A stretch of 64,000 nucleotides of DNA from NCBI GenBank assembly GCA_965552055.1, contig CBEVQO010000005.1, forward strand, positions 116,122 through 180,121. The letters run 5' to 3'. Of this stretch, positions 9,444-19,517 are shown piece by piece (positions within the stretch are counted from its first letter, which is position 1; every line of letters starts with the position of its first letter). This DNA comes from an uncultured bacterium (GTDB lineage Bacteria > Hydrothermota > UBA3073 > NMUJ01 > CBEVQO01). The notes beneath the pieces are model-generated. The model searched no databases and was not told the DNA's origin. It saw nothing but the letters and a program-made list of their open reading frames with translations. The position numbers were made by a program, and so were the translations under genes.

Positions 9444-11441
9444 GTGAGGCATGTTGCTTTATTATTCATCATTTTTACAGGGACGGCTTTCGCAAAGGTA
9501 TGGGTTGTTGATACCACAGGTGCAGAGGGCAAAAAGCTACAATCTGCAATTGACTCCGCATGGCAAGACCCGGGGATTGATACTGTGCTGGTAAAGGATG
9601 GAACCTATCATCTATTTATAAATGACACTATGGGCTTGATAATGCATGATTCTGTGGTGCTCATGAGTGAAAACGGAGCTGAAAAATGCACATTAACAGC
9701 TGTATCAGAGGATGGCACAGATACCGCATGGCATGTCATCTATTGCAGTGGATGGGATACTGCATCGCACGCAGCACTTATAAAGGGCTTCACCATAAAA
9801 GATGGCAATGCAACGGGTCCTTCTTCTCACACTTGGGGAGGCGGAATCTACATTTATTCTGCGTCACCCACAATAGATTCATGTATAATCACAAACAATT
9901 CTGCTAGTGGCGGTGGAGGAATTTTCATTTATTACTATTCTTCCCCCGCATTATTAGGCAATACAATTACAAACAATTATGCTGATGCTGGTAGCGGAAT
10001 TTTTATCTGGTGCCATTCTTCTCCCACAGTATCAGGCAATACAATTGCAAACAATCATGCTTATTATGGCGGCGGAATTTTCATATCTGATTATTCTTCC
10101 CCTACAGTGTCAGGTAATACAATTACAAATAATTATGTTAATAACTATGGCGGCGGGATTTTCATAACAGACTATTCTTCACCCTTATTATCATGCAACA
10201 CAATTATAAACAATCATGCTGATGATGGCGGTGGAATTTACATTTCCTTTTCTTCTTTTCCCATATTAACAGGAAATACAATCACAAACAATCGTGCTTT
10301 TGTTAACGGTGGAGGTGTTTTAATTGAACTTCGTTCCTCACCCACATTATTATACAATGCTATTACAGATAATCTTGCTTCATATGGTAGCGGAATTTTC
10401 ATTACAAATTATTCTTCCGTAAAGATAACAAAATGCGTAATCGGAATGAACAAAAGCAATTATGGTGGTGCAATATATGACACACTTCATTCAAAAATTA
10501 TAATCGACAGTTCGTTCATTGTGGATAATGTAGGTCTCGCTTATATTGCATCTGATGCAGATTCAGGAGTGACATTCAAACTAACATACAGCCATATATA
10601 TTATAACACTTTACAGCAAGATACCGAAATCAAAAATTTTTCGGGTGTAACTATAAATCTTGAAAATAATTTCTGGTGGGACACAACAGATGCAGAAATA
10701 TCTGCAAAAATATCGGGTGCAAATGACCATACCCCGTGGTTCAGCCACTTTATACCGGGTGTGCCGGGTGAACCCGTTAGCATTGACTCTTTTAAAAATT
10801 ACGATAAAGATTTCTCACAAGTTATTGACTCACTTGGCAAAGAAGATACACTTTACATAAGGATTTACGGACAGGATAGGGATGCACATATACATGAAAT
10901 CGCAGTGGTAATAATAAAATCGAGTGTTTATCCACAGGGAATAGCAGTTGGGCTCGTTGAAACAGATACAAATTCAGGAATATATGAAGGCAAAGCTTAT
11001 GTTCTGGAAAGCACAGGAAATGACGATATAAGGGATGACGATATAAATCAAATTATCCGTGTTAATCCAGATGGAGACGATATTTTCATCATCAGCAATA
11101 TTGAGCCACAGAAAAAATTTTATGTTAAATATAAAAAAGGTGCTGGGATAAAAGAAATTTCAGTAGAAAAATTCAAAGTAAGCAATATGCCAAATCCATT
11201 CAGCAAATTCACAAAGATTAAATATCAATTGCCAGAAGAAGAAAAAGTAAGGATTGAAATAATAGATGTAACAGGAAGATTGATAAAAGTATTGGTTAAT
11301 GAAAAGAAATCACCGGGATTTCATTCTGTAACATGGAAAGGTGAAGACGCCAGAGGCAAAACTGTTCCACCTGGAATCTACTTCTATCTCATAAAAGCAG
11401 GCAAAAACAAAGCAATAAAGAAAATGATAAAATTGAAATAA
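9444..11441 (+). CDS. Exported right-handed parallel beta-helix repeat protein with FlgD-Ig/T9SS-type C-terminal domain
   Basis: Signal peptide ending AFA, 24-aa GGGIFI..YSSP..SGNTITNN repeats, C-terminal PNPF...GRLIK...W.G.D..G...PGIYF. Confidence 0.85.
   Translation: MRHVALLFIIFTGTAFAKVWVVDTTGAEGKKLQSAIDSAWQDPGIDTVLVKDGTYHLFINDTMGLIMHDSVVLMSENGAEKCTLTAVSEDGTDTAWHVIYCSGWDTASHAALIKGFTIKDGNATGPSSHTWGGGIYIYSASPTIDSCIITNNSASGGGGIFIYYYSSPALLGNTITNNYADAGSGIFIWCHSSPTVSGNTIANNHAYYGGGIFISDYSSPTVSGNTITNNYVNNYGGGIFITDYSSPLLSCNTIINNHADDGGGIYISFSSFPILTGNTITNNRAFVNGGGVLIELRSSPTLLYNAITDNLASYGSGIFITNYSSVKITKCVIGMNKSNYGGAIYDTLHSKIIIDSSFIVDNVGLAYIASDADSGVTFKLTYSHIYYNTLQQDTEIKNFSGVTINLENNFWWDTTDAEISAKISGANDHTPWFSHFIPGVPGEPVSIDSFKNYDKDFSQVIDSLGKEDTLYIRIYGQDRDAHIHEIAVVIIKSSVYPQGIAVGLVETDTNSGIYEGKAYVLESTGNDDIRDDDINQIIRVNPDGDDIFIISNIEPQKKFYVKYKKGAGIKEISVEKFKVSNMPNPFSKFTKIKYQLPEEEKVRIEIIDVTGRLIKVLVNEKKSPGFHSVTWKGEDARGKTVPPGIYFYLIKAGKNKAIKKMIKLK
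9835..10410 (+). repeat. Coding tandem repeats of ~72 bp (beta-helix coils, about 8 units)
   Basis: Recurring gg(c/t)ggaattttcat...tattcttc.cc...ggcaatacaattacaaacaat. Confidence 0.8.
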
Positions 11442-11471
11442 AGTTGATTATAATATGAAAAAGGGGGGAGT

Positions 11472-12170
11472 ATGTGCAAATGCTTGATTATTGCTTTAAT
11501 ATTTGGATTGCACGAAGGAGAATTTGGTGGGGGTGTAGGTTTTATTAAAGGTTATTATTTCATGTCTGGAATCACCGGTTTTATGAGAGGACTCTCACCA
11601 ATGTGGGAAAATATATTTGAAGGTGAAAATATAAGTCCGATTCTCTCCATAACTGGCATTAAGGGTTATGTTTATATAAAACATAGGTTCAAGTTGGGAA
11701 TAATGGCTAACAAAGGTCTAACAAGGGCAAGCGTTGCGTTTGATACTCTCTATTACTCGTGCTTATTTTCGATTGATTATTGGACATTCTTAATGGAATA
11801 TTCCCCTGTGAGACAAGTTGGTTTCGAGATGATATTTAATATAGGGCTCGGCACAGGCAATGCTACCTTGAATTTATTAAAAATAAGGCGATTACCATGT
11901 TGGGAGGAAATATGTGAAAATGAAGAAGACGGATGGGGCTCTTCTGAACTCTACGCAGATTTTGGAAATCTTACATTGGGAATCGAATTGTTATTCCCAA
12001 TAATCTCATGCTTTAAAATAGGTTTAGGAGGGGGCTTAATTTACAGTAAAATACCATTCGGCAGTTGGTACTTACATCGAAGAGGATATCGTGTTCCTGA
12101 TTCTAAAGGAGTTAATCTCGAAGGATTCACTTTTACAATTACAATTGCATTTGATAGACGCAATTTTTAA
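11472..12170 (+). CDS. Hypothetical protein, probable outer-membrane beta-barrel
   Basis: Gly/aromatic-rich amphipathic strands, terminal Phe, short hydrophobic N-terminus. Confidence 0.55.
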   Translation: MCKCLIIALIFGLHEGEFGGGVGFIKGYYFMSGITGFMRGLSPMWENIFEGENISPILSITGIKGYVYIKHRFKLGIMANKGLTRASVAFDTLYYSCLFSIDYWTFLMEYSPVRQVGFEMIFNIGLGTGNATLNLLKIRRLPCWEEICENEEDGWGSSELYADFGNLTLGIELLFPIISCFKIGLGGGLIYSKIPFGSWYLHRRGYRVPDSKGVNLEGFTFTITIAFDRRNF

Positions 12171-12172
12171 TT

Positions 12173-13825
12173 ATGAATAAATTGCGTAAAATTTTGAATG
12201 AGATTGATGGAAAAGGTTATGGTGCTTACAAGCGCCTTTATGGAGAATATAATTTTGGCAAATATACTCTTGAAATTACAAAAGTTCAGCCCGACCCCTA
12301 TGCTCCACCATCTCGCGCAATTATAAAAATACCACAAAAAATAGCAAGATTCCCAAAAGAGGCATATTCAAATCTTTCGAGAAAAACAGCGTTGATAGAT
12401 TTTCTGACAAGATTATTTGCTAAAAATATAAAAAATCCAGATATTAAATGTGCGAGGTGCGGACAGGAGATACTTTTGAGGTCATCAGTTGAAATCACGG
12501 ATAATTTTTTAAAATTTAAGTTAAAAATTGAATTGCCAGCAGCAGGAAGGAGAATCCTCGGAGATAAGGCATACAAAATATTTTTTAAAGATTTGCCACA
12601 GATTGTTGAAAAAACTTTAATTTATGATAATATTCCAAAAAATGAGTTGTGGAGACATATTGAGATTTGTGAAGACCAGGATTTTCTGCGTGAAAAATTA
12701 AAAGAAGAAGGTCTAATTGCATTTGTGAGAGAAGGCGCTGTCCTTCCCCGTAAATCAGGCGTTGACCCGCGTCCCCTTCCAAATGCAGTAAAATTCATCT
12801 CCCCCGATAGTTTAAGAAAAAAGTTTATTTTAAAATCTGGAAGGGAAATTGAAGGCATGGCAATAAAAGAAGGAATAACAATAATTTGTGGTGGTGGATT
12901 TCATGGTAAATCAACGCTCTTAGAGGCGCTGCAATTCGGGGTTTACAACCATATAGAAGGTGATGGAAGAGAATTTGTCATAACAAGGGAAGATGCAGTA
13001 AAAATAAGGGCAGAAGATGGAAGATACATAGAAAAAGTTGATATATCACCTTTTATTTCGGAGTTGCCCTATGGTAAAGATACATTGCACTTTTCAACAG
13101 AGGATGCGAGTGGCTCAACTTCTCAGGCAGCAAACATAATGGAAGCGCTTGAGATGGGCTCAAAACTTTTACTTATAGATGAAGATACAACAGCAACAAA
13201 TCTCATGATACGGGATAGAAGGATGCAAAAAGTTGTAATGAAGGAAAAAGAACCAATAACTCCTTTCATAGACAGGATAAGGGAATTGTGGGAAAGATTT
13301 AAAATCTCAGTTATAATGATAACAGGCGGGCTTGGAGATTATTTTGAAGTTGCAGATTATATAATACAGATGGAAAATTATCTTCCACATGATATAACCC
13401 AAAAAGCAAAAGAAGTTGTGAATGACTTTCCATCCGGAAGGAGTGTAGAAGTGAAAAAAGAATTTCATCTACCTCAACCCCGCAGAATAGTTAGAAATTC
13501 GGTTGACCCGAGAAAAGGTAAAAAGATAAAAATTGACGCAAAAGGAATAGATACTCTGGTTTTTGGCAGGTATCAAATAGATTTATCATGTGTGGAACAG
13601 ATTGCAGATGTATCGCAGGTGAAAACCATTGGCGAAATAATTTATTATGCAGTAAAGAAATATGGAAATCTTACAATAAGGGAGATGATAGAAAGGTCTA
13701 TCTCCGATACGATAAGGGAAGATTTTAAGAATTTAAGGTCAAAGGATTCGTGTGACTATGCCTTACCACGCAAATACGAAGTAGCATCAGCCCTTAATCG
13801 CTTAAGAACATTAAAAGTGATATAA
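12173..13825 (+). CDS. ABC-class ATPase domain protein (COG3044-like)
   Basis: IDGKGYGAYK, QPDPYAPPS, GGGFHGKSTLL, IRAEDGR, ASGSTSQAAN, LLIDEDT. Confidence 0.9.
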   Translation: MNKLRKILNEIDGKGYGAYKRLYGEYNFGKYTLEITKVQPDPYAPPSRAIIKIPQKIARFPKEAYSNLSRKTALIDFLTRLFAKNIKNPDIKCARCGQEILLRSSVEITDNFLKFKLKIELPAAGRRILGDKAYKIFFKDLPQIVEKTLIYDNIPKNELWRHIEICEDQDFLREKLKEEGLIAFVREGAVLPRKSGVDPRPLPNAVKFISPDSLRKKFILKSGREIEGMAIKEGITIICGGGFHGKSTLLEALQFGVYNHIEGDGREFVITREDAVKIRAEDGRYIEKVDISPFISELPYGKDTLHFSTEDASGSTSQAANIMEALEMGSKLLLIDEDTTATNLMIRDRRMQKVVMKEKEPITPFIDRIRELWERFKISVIMITGGLGDYFEVADYIIQMENYLPHDITQKAKEVVNDFPSGRSVEVKKEFHLPQPRRIVRNSVDPRKGKKIKIDAKGIDTLVFGRYQIDLSCVEQIADVSQVKTIGEIIYYAVKKYGNLTIREMIERSISDTIREDFKNLRSKDSCDYALPRKYEVASALNRLRTLKVI

Positions 13826-13829
13826 ATTG

Positions 13830-13856
13830 TTGACAAAATCAAATAAGAATTAAAAT
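13830..13856 (+). promoter_or_regulatory. Promoter TTGACA-N15-TAAAAT, 5 nt upstream of ATG 13862
   Basis: ttgaca aaatcaaataagaat taaaat. Confidence 0.7.
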
Positions 13857-13861
13857 TTTTG

Positions 13862-14929
13862 ATGTCGATTTATGAGGCAGAGATAAGAAGGGGGATTTTC
13901 CATGAAGATTTTCTTACTTCGAAAGTTTTCGGTATCTTCAACATTGTAAACAAAAAAATTTTGCTTTATAATTTTTTAAGGTTTCTCGGGATAAATGTTC
14001 CGCAAAAGGATTGTGATAGGTTAAAAATAACTTTCTGGCGATTAGAAGGTAAAAGGGTGCCCGATGTTATTATCTCAAATGATAGGATTTTGCTTTACAT
14101 TGAAGCGAAACTGCATTCTATATCGGAACAGCAATTGATAGAAGAATACAAAGACGGTGTTTTGAAATCGCACAAATTCAAACTAATTGTGATAACTCCG
14201 GATATTGTATTACCCGAAGAAATTAAAAAAGTTTTTATGAATTTAAAAGCTACTCGCAAAATAGTTAACATTCAATGGCTTTCCTGGCGCAAATTAAATA
14301 AATTTTTAAAAAAAGAAGCGAGCAGAGTTGATTACAATGATACCGAGCGAAAATTGTTAAAAGAAACTGTGAGATTGCTTGACGGACTTGGATTTGGCGA
14401 ATTTAAAGGTTTTAATGTAAAAATCGATAAATTAAAGTTTGATGATTTTCTCACATTACTTTCTGATTTTTCGCATCTATGTAAAGATGTTGCAGAAAAT
14501 CTCGATATTGATATTTTGACTCAAATTTCAAAGTCAAGAGAATCGAAGTCAATAAATTTACCAGAAGAATGGTTGCCACATACATTTACGGTTTATCTTT
14601 CAAAAGATAAAAGCAATAAAAATGCACTTTTTCTGGAATTATGTTTAAAAACTCCTATCTGCATAAATTATGGAGTTGAAATAAAGGAAGATGAAATTGA
14701 ATTTGAATGTGTTCGTAAGTTTTTTGATTTGAAAAGATTTAGAGCAAGTTTTTTATCACAGGGAATAGAACTTGATTGCAATTCAGAAGAGGAATTTAGA
14801 AATGCTTTATTTTCCGAAACAAAGGGTGTGCGTTTTTTAAGGACATTTTTTGTAAATGATTTGAATGATAAAGATTATTTCAATTTGATGATTTCAGATT
14901 TATCACAACTGCGTGATTTATTATGGTGA
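13862..14929 (+). CDS. Hypothetical protein with N-terminal PD-(D/E)xK nuclease-like domain
   Basis: EDFLTS.VFG...PDVII...LYIEAK...QL..EY...WLSW pattern. Confidence 0.6.
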   Translation: MSIYEAEIRRGIFHEDFLTSKVFGIFNIVNKKILLYNFLRFLGINVPQKDCDRLKITFWRLEGKRVPDVIISNDRILLYIEAKLHSISEQQLIEEYKDGVLKSHKFKLIVITPDIVLPEEIKKVFMNLKATRKIVNIQWLSWRKLNKFLKKEASRVDYNDTERKLLKETVRLLDGLGFGEFKGFNVKIDKLKFDDFLTLLSDFSHLCKDVAENLDIDILTQISKSRESKSINLPEEWLPHTFTVYLSKDKSNKNALFLELCLKTPICINYGVEIKEDEIEFECVRKFFDLKRFRASFLSQGIELDCNSEEEFRNALFSETKGVRFLRTFFVNDLNDKDYFNLMISDLSQLRDLLW

Positions 14930-16008
14930 AAGTGCTGATGATATGCGACCCTTATCCCAATGATGTGAAACCAATAGTTCAGGTTTATTTGAAGGAGCAT
15001 GTAGAGATGGCAAAAAGGATAGCAGAAGTGAGATTGCTTGCATTAAATAGATTTCATTTTTTATTAGATAATTTTGTGAGATTCAAATACAAGGGTGAAA
15101 AAATTGAAGTTTATTTTACACAATTTGATAAGTTTTTAAGTTACATTTTGTATTATGTTATAAGTATAATGCTTTATCTTTTGTATTTTCGCAAATTTTC
15201 ACCTCATCTTTTGCATGCACACGATGTTTTTCCAGCAGGTTTCCTTGCTTATCTTTTAGCGAAAATTTTTAAGAAAAAATATATAATAACAGTACATTCA
15301 ACCCATCTGATAACCGATAGAATAAATCCACTGAAAAGATTTCTTTTCAGAAGAATATTCGAGAATGCAAAAAAAGTAATTTTTGTGAGTAACTATTGTA
15401 AGAAAGAAATAGGAAAAAGATTGAATTTGAGTTGTTTTAACTGCATCAGTATTCCAAATCCGGTAGGATTGGTGTCTATACCGCATCATGAATCGAATAA
15501 TGTGATTTTTGTTGGTAGTATTACAAGAAGAAAAGGAGTCCATAATTTAGTAGAAGCATTTGCTTCTTTAGATACCGAAGATAATCTTATTTTAATTGGA
15601 GATGGTGATATGAGGGAAGAAATAGAAAAAAAGATACATGATAGAGGTATAAAAAATGTAGTGATGAAAGGTATGCTTCAGCCTTACGAAGTATTTAGAG
15701 AAATGGCGCGATGTAAATTTCTTATCTTACCGAGTGAAATAGAGACATTTGGCAAGGTTTTAATCGAAGCTATGTCTCTTGGGAAACCGGTTATTGCTAC
15801 AAAATGTGGCGGACCAGAAGAGATAGTTAAGCCTTTTTGCGGGATACTCATCCCAAAAGGAGATGTTAAAGCACTCAAAGAAGCGATAGAATATATGTTG
15901 AAAAACTACAGAAAATACGATTCTGAAAAGATAAAAAAATATGTGGAGGAAAATTTCTCAATAGAAGCAGTAGCAAAAAAATTAAAGGAGGTGTATTATG
16001 AAGCGTGA
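14923..16008 (+). CDS. Glycosyltransferase family 4
   Basis: FVGSITRRKG and ETFGKVLIEAMSLGKPVI. Confidence 0.9.
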   Translation: MVKVLMICDPYPNDVKPIVQVYLKEHVEMAKRIAEVRLLALNRFHFLLDNFVRFKYKGEKIEVYFTQFDKFLSYILYYVISIMLYLLYFRKFSPHLLHAHDVFPAGFLAYLLAKIFKKKYIITVHSTHLITDRINPLKRFLFRRIFENAKKVIFVSNYCKKEIGKRLNLSCFNCISIPNPVGLVSIPHHESNNVIFVGSITRRKGVHNLVEAFASLDTEDNLILIGDGDMREEIEKKIHDRGIKNVVMKGMLQPYEVFREMARCKFLILPSEIETFGKVLIEAMSLGKPVIATKCGGPEEIVKPFCGILIPKGDVKALKEAIEYMLKNYRKYDSEKIKKYVEENFSIEAVAKKLKEVYYEA

Positions 16009-18325
16009 TAAAATTTATATTGCGGTATTATTTTTGTTATCTCTTTTATATTTCGGACGATTTTTAACGGGAAAATACATGATACATGGTTCCGATTATC
16101 TTCTGGAGGGTTATGTTTTTCATAACTGGATTGCGGAAGAGATGCGTAAAGGCGTTGTTCCTCACTGGTGTCCTTATATTTTTGGTGGATTACCACTTGG
16201 TTCGCATTTAACATTTATCAGGATTATCTATTTGATATTTCCTGTGCATATTGCTTGGAATTGGCTTTTTATGCTATCCATGTTCTTTGCGGGTTTGGGT
16301 GTTTTTCTTCTTTTAAAGCAGATGAAGGTATCATCGGAAGTTTCCTTTTTATCTGCTCTTATTTATATGAGCTCGGGATGTGTTCTTTCTGTTACTTATC
16401 CCGGGCATGATGGAAAAGCTTATGCTGCTGCTTTTTTGCCTTTTATATTCCTGTTTTTATATAGAGGCATTAAAAAAGTCAATTTGTGGGATTTTTTGAT
16501 TTTCGGCGGACTTTATGGACTTTCCGCTGTTCACTCTCATTTTCAAATAATTTATTTCTTTGCTTATTTTTGCCTTTCTTATTATATTTATGCATTTATT
16601 TTATCGAGACAAAAAAAGAAATTATTACTTTATGGCATTTTGGGAGCTCTTCTTGTTGTTTTCCTAGCTGCTCATAAATTTTTACCGACTTTCAGGCATT
16701 TAAAATGGGGTGCAAGAGGTGCATTTGAAAGAGGATATGAGTTTGCAACATCATGGGCAATACCAGTAAACGAGCTTTTAAATCTCATAACTCCACACTT
16801 CTCAGGGATACTCGATAATTACTGGGGATACAACTATTTCAGATTAAATACTTTTTATCTCGGAATACTGGCAATCCTTTTGTTTTTCCTGTCCTTTAAA
16901 TTTTATAAAAAGACGAAATTTTTCCTGATAGCAGCTATTGTTACACTTTTGCTCTCTTTAGGAGGGAACACTCCTCTTTACAAATTGGTTTATTATGGAC
17001 TACCGGGTGCTAAAAAATTGAGAGCACCTTCTATGTTTTTCTACATCACAAATTTAAATCTTGCTATAATAAGTGGATTGGTAATGCAGGAGATTTTGAA
17101 TATTAAAAATGAAAAGGAAAAAAGAAGAACACTTAATCTGATATTTGTCTTTACGGGTATTATTTTCCTTTTGTTGTTAATTTTTGGTGCTTTTAAACAT
17201 GTGATGCTTCCAGCCCTTAAAGATTATTTTACCACGCGTTTAATAAGTATGTGGGGTGCTACGGGTGATGCGAAAATAGCGCGCTTCATAGCTAACTATC
17301 CAAATTTCGTAAAGGGACTCACTTTTGCATTTATCATTACGGTAATTTATACTTTTATAATGTGGCTTATTTTGCGAAAAAAATTGGATTATAAATTTTT
17401 AATCTATACACTTTGTTTTGTCACTTTAGTAGATGAATGGCTAATTTGCAAGAAATTCTTACAGAAAGCTCCACATCCATCGGAATATTTTAGAAAAGAT
17501 GAAGTTGTGCAATTTTTATCTTATGATAAGAGTATTTTCAGAGTATTTCCTCTTCATTACGAACATGCAAGAGATGAATATTTAATGTATCATGGGATAC
17601 AGTCACTGGGAGGTTACACTGCAAATCCCTATTACCGCTATCAGCTGCTAATAGGTGCAGGAAAAAGTGTTATGTTTAATCCGGTGAATTTAATACAATA
17701 TCCACATTTGCTTAATATTTTAAACACAAAGTACATAATAGCATACAGTATGCCGGAGACCACAAAAGTTGATAAAAGATATAGAAAACAGGTAGCTATG
17801 TGGAAAAATTATCTTAAGAATTTCAAAGAAGCATATAGATTGAGGACAAGACCTTTTGTAATTTACCTTAATGAGAAAAGATTCGAAAGAGCATTCCTGT
17901 GTCCAGATTATGTTGTTGTTTCGGAAGATAGTGCATTGAAACTTATGTTGAATCCAGATTTCAATCTTAAAAGATATGTAATACTTGAGGAAGATGTGGA
18001 TTTTGAACATAATGATAGAGTAGAAGGCGAAGTTCAAATTTTAAGATATTCAGCTAATGAAGTTGAACTGAGAGTGAAGACAGATAAAGAATGTTTCCTT
18101 GTGCTAACCGATAACTATCATCCTATATGGGAATGTGAGGTGGATGGTGTTCCTGCAAAGATTTATCTTGCTGATTTCGCTTTTAGAGCCGTTAGAGTGC
18201 CTGCAGGTGAGCATACGGTAAAATTCAGGTGCAAATCTCCAGATAAACCTTTGCATAGATTAATGTTTATACTTGGGTTAATTGCTTTTGCTTTTGCAGT
18301 TTATAAAAAGAGAAAAGAAAAATGA
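15998..18325 (+). CDS. YfhO-family multi-pass membrane protein (GT-C-like fold)
   Basis: PHWCPYIFGGLP, many TM helices, C-terminal LVLTDNYHPIW...VPAGEHTV. Confidence 0.85.
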   Translation: MKRDKIYIAVLFLLSLLYFGRFLTGKYMIHGSDYLLEGYVFHNWIAEEMRKGVVPHWCPYIFGGLPLGSHLTFIRIIYLIFPVHIAWNWLFMLSMFFAGLGVFLLLKQMKVSSEVSFLSALIYMSSGCVLSVTYPGHDGKAYAAAFLPFIFLFLYRGIKKVNLWDFLIFGGLYGLSAVHSHFQIIYFFAYFCLSYYIYAFILSRQKKKLLLYGILGALLVVFLAAHKFLPTFRHLKWGARGAFERGYEFATSWAIPVNELLNLITPHFSGILDNYWGYNYFRLNTFYLGILAILLFFLSFKFYKKTKFFLIAAIVTLLLSLGGNTPLYKLVYYGLPGAKKLRAPSMFFYITNLNLAIISGLVMQEILNIKNEKEKRRTLNLIFVFTGIIFLLLLIFGAFKHVMLPALKDYFTTRLISMWGATGDAKIARFIANYPNFVKGLTFAFIITVIYTFIMWLILRKKLDYKFLIYTLCFVTLVDEWLICKKFLQKAPHPSEYFRKDEVVQFLSYDKSIFRVFPLHYEHARDEYLMYHGIQSLGGYTANPYYRYQLLIGAGKSVMFNPVNLIQYPHLLNILNTKYIIAYSMPETTKVDKRYRKQVAMWKNYLKNFKEAYRLRTRPFVIYLNEKRFERAFLCPDYVVVSEDSALKLMLNPDFNLKRYVILEEDVDFEHNDRVEGEVQILRYSANEVELRVKTDKECFLVLTDNYHPIWECEVDGVPAKIYLADFAFRAVRVPAGEHTVKFRCKSPDKPLHRLMFILGLIAFAFAVYKKRKEK

Positions 18326-19128
18326 TTTATAAAATATACAAGGATTTTATAAAATTTCTGGAGAAAATAAAAGAGAGAGAAGGCAATAAATTAGAGTTTT
18401 ACAGAAAATATTATCTTGATAAACATTTTGAGTTTTTGATGGCATACTGGAAAAGTATGTTTTCGTATTCGCCGGAGAAATGGCTGTATGAAAGAGTTAA
18501 TCAGATAAAATATCGGGATTATAAATTTTTAATCGTAAATGTAAAAGAAAATCCACCTGAATTTATAGTAGAGGATACATTGAGGCTGTGTCGGAAAGTG
18601 TCGCTTTTTGATAAATTGCCCGATGTCTATTTATTTGTGGGCTTTTTCTCATCCGATGGTGCTACTTTTTTCTTTAAAGATTCACCTGTTATAGCAATTG
18701 GTCTTGAGCGCTTTTTTGATTTTGCGGATATGAAATATGTAGTGGCACATGAATATGGACATTTCTGGTTTTTAAGTTTATGTAAAATGGAAACAAAATA
18801 TCTCTGGCAAAAGATTTTAAAAGAAGGACTTGCATTTTACTTTACAAAATGCGTATTTAAGAATTCTCCTCTTTACAAAATATTATTGATGCACAGAAGG
18901 AAAATTAATGCTTGCATTTCTCAGGAAAGCATTATAATAAATTATGTGAAAGGGAATTTTTATAAAAAATTTGATGGAAGTTACGAGAGGGAGATTAATT
19001 ATTTGAGTTATAAATTGATTTATGATGTTGCGAAGAAATTCTCTTTTGATGTTAGAAGTTTGTTTTACGAGGCATCGGAGAGAGGGGAGCTGCTTTTAAA
19101 GGAGGGTTTGTGCCTTTTGAGCAGGTAG
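18322..19128 (+). CDS. Putative Zn-dependent protease (DUF2268-like)
   Basis: AHEYGH followed by EGLA. Confidence 0.65.
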   Translation: MIYKIYKDFIKFLEKIKEREGNKLEFYRKYYLDKHFEFLMAYWKSMFSYSPEKWLYERVNQIKYRDYKFLIVNVKENPPEFIVEDTLRLCRKVSLFDKLPDVYLFVGFFSSDGATFFFKDSPVIAIGLERFFDFADMKYVVAHEYGHFWFLSLCKMETKYLWQKILKEGLAFYFTKCVFKNSPLYKILLMHRRKINACISQESIIINYVKGNFYKKFDGSYEREINYLSYKLIYDVAKKFSFDVRSLFYEASERGELLLKEGLCLLSR

Positions 19129-19517
19129 CACATACTGCTGACCTTGCTCTGAAAATATGGGCTGATGACCTTAAAAGTTTATTCTGCGAAGCCGGAAAAG
19201 CGTTGTTTGCGACGATTACAGATATTAATAAAATAAAAAAAGAAGAGAAGACAGAAATTGAAATAAAAGCAGAGGGATATGAGAATCTATTGCACGATTT
19301 TCTCGAAGAATTAATCTTTTATTTTGATGCACGATATAAATTATTTTGTGACTTTGAAGTGCTTGAACTTACGCCGAATTATTTAAAGATAAGGTGCTGG
19401 GGTGAGAGCATAAAAGGACATAAAATAGAAAAGTGCGTAAAGGCAGCAACTTATCATGAGTTTGAAATCAAAAAGGAAAATGGTAAATACATTACAACAA
19501 TCATATTTGATGTGTAA
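19110..19517 (+). CDS. Archease
   Basis: HTADL, VKAATYH and C-terminal IFDV. Confidence 0.92.
   Translation: MPFEQVAHTADLALKIWADDLKSLFCEAGKALFATITDINKIKKEEKTEIEIKAEGYENLLHDFLEELIFYFDARYKLFCDFEVLELTPNYLKIRCWGESIKGHKIEKCVKAATYHEFEIKKENGKYITTIIFDV

Noticed and set aside
9835..10410. CRISPR-like or DGR-like repeat array
   Set aside because: The repeats are degenerate in-frame coding units with no unique spacers, and no cas or reverse transcriptase gene is present.
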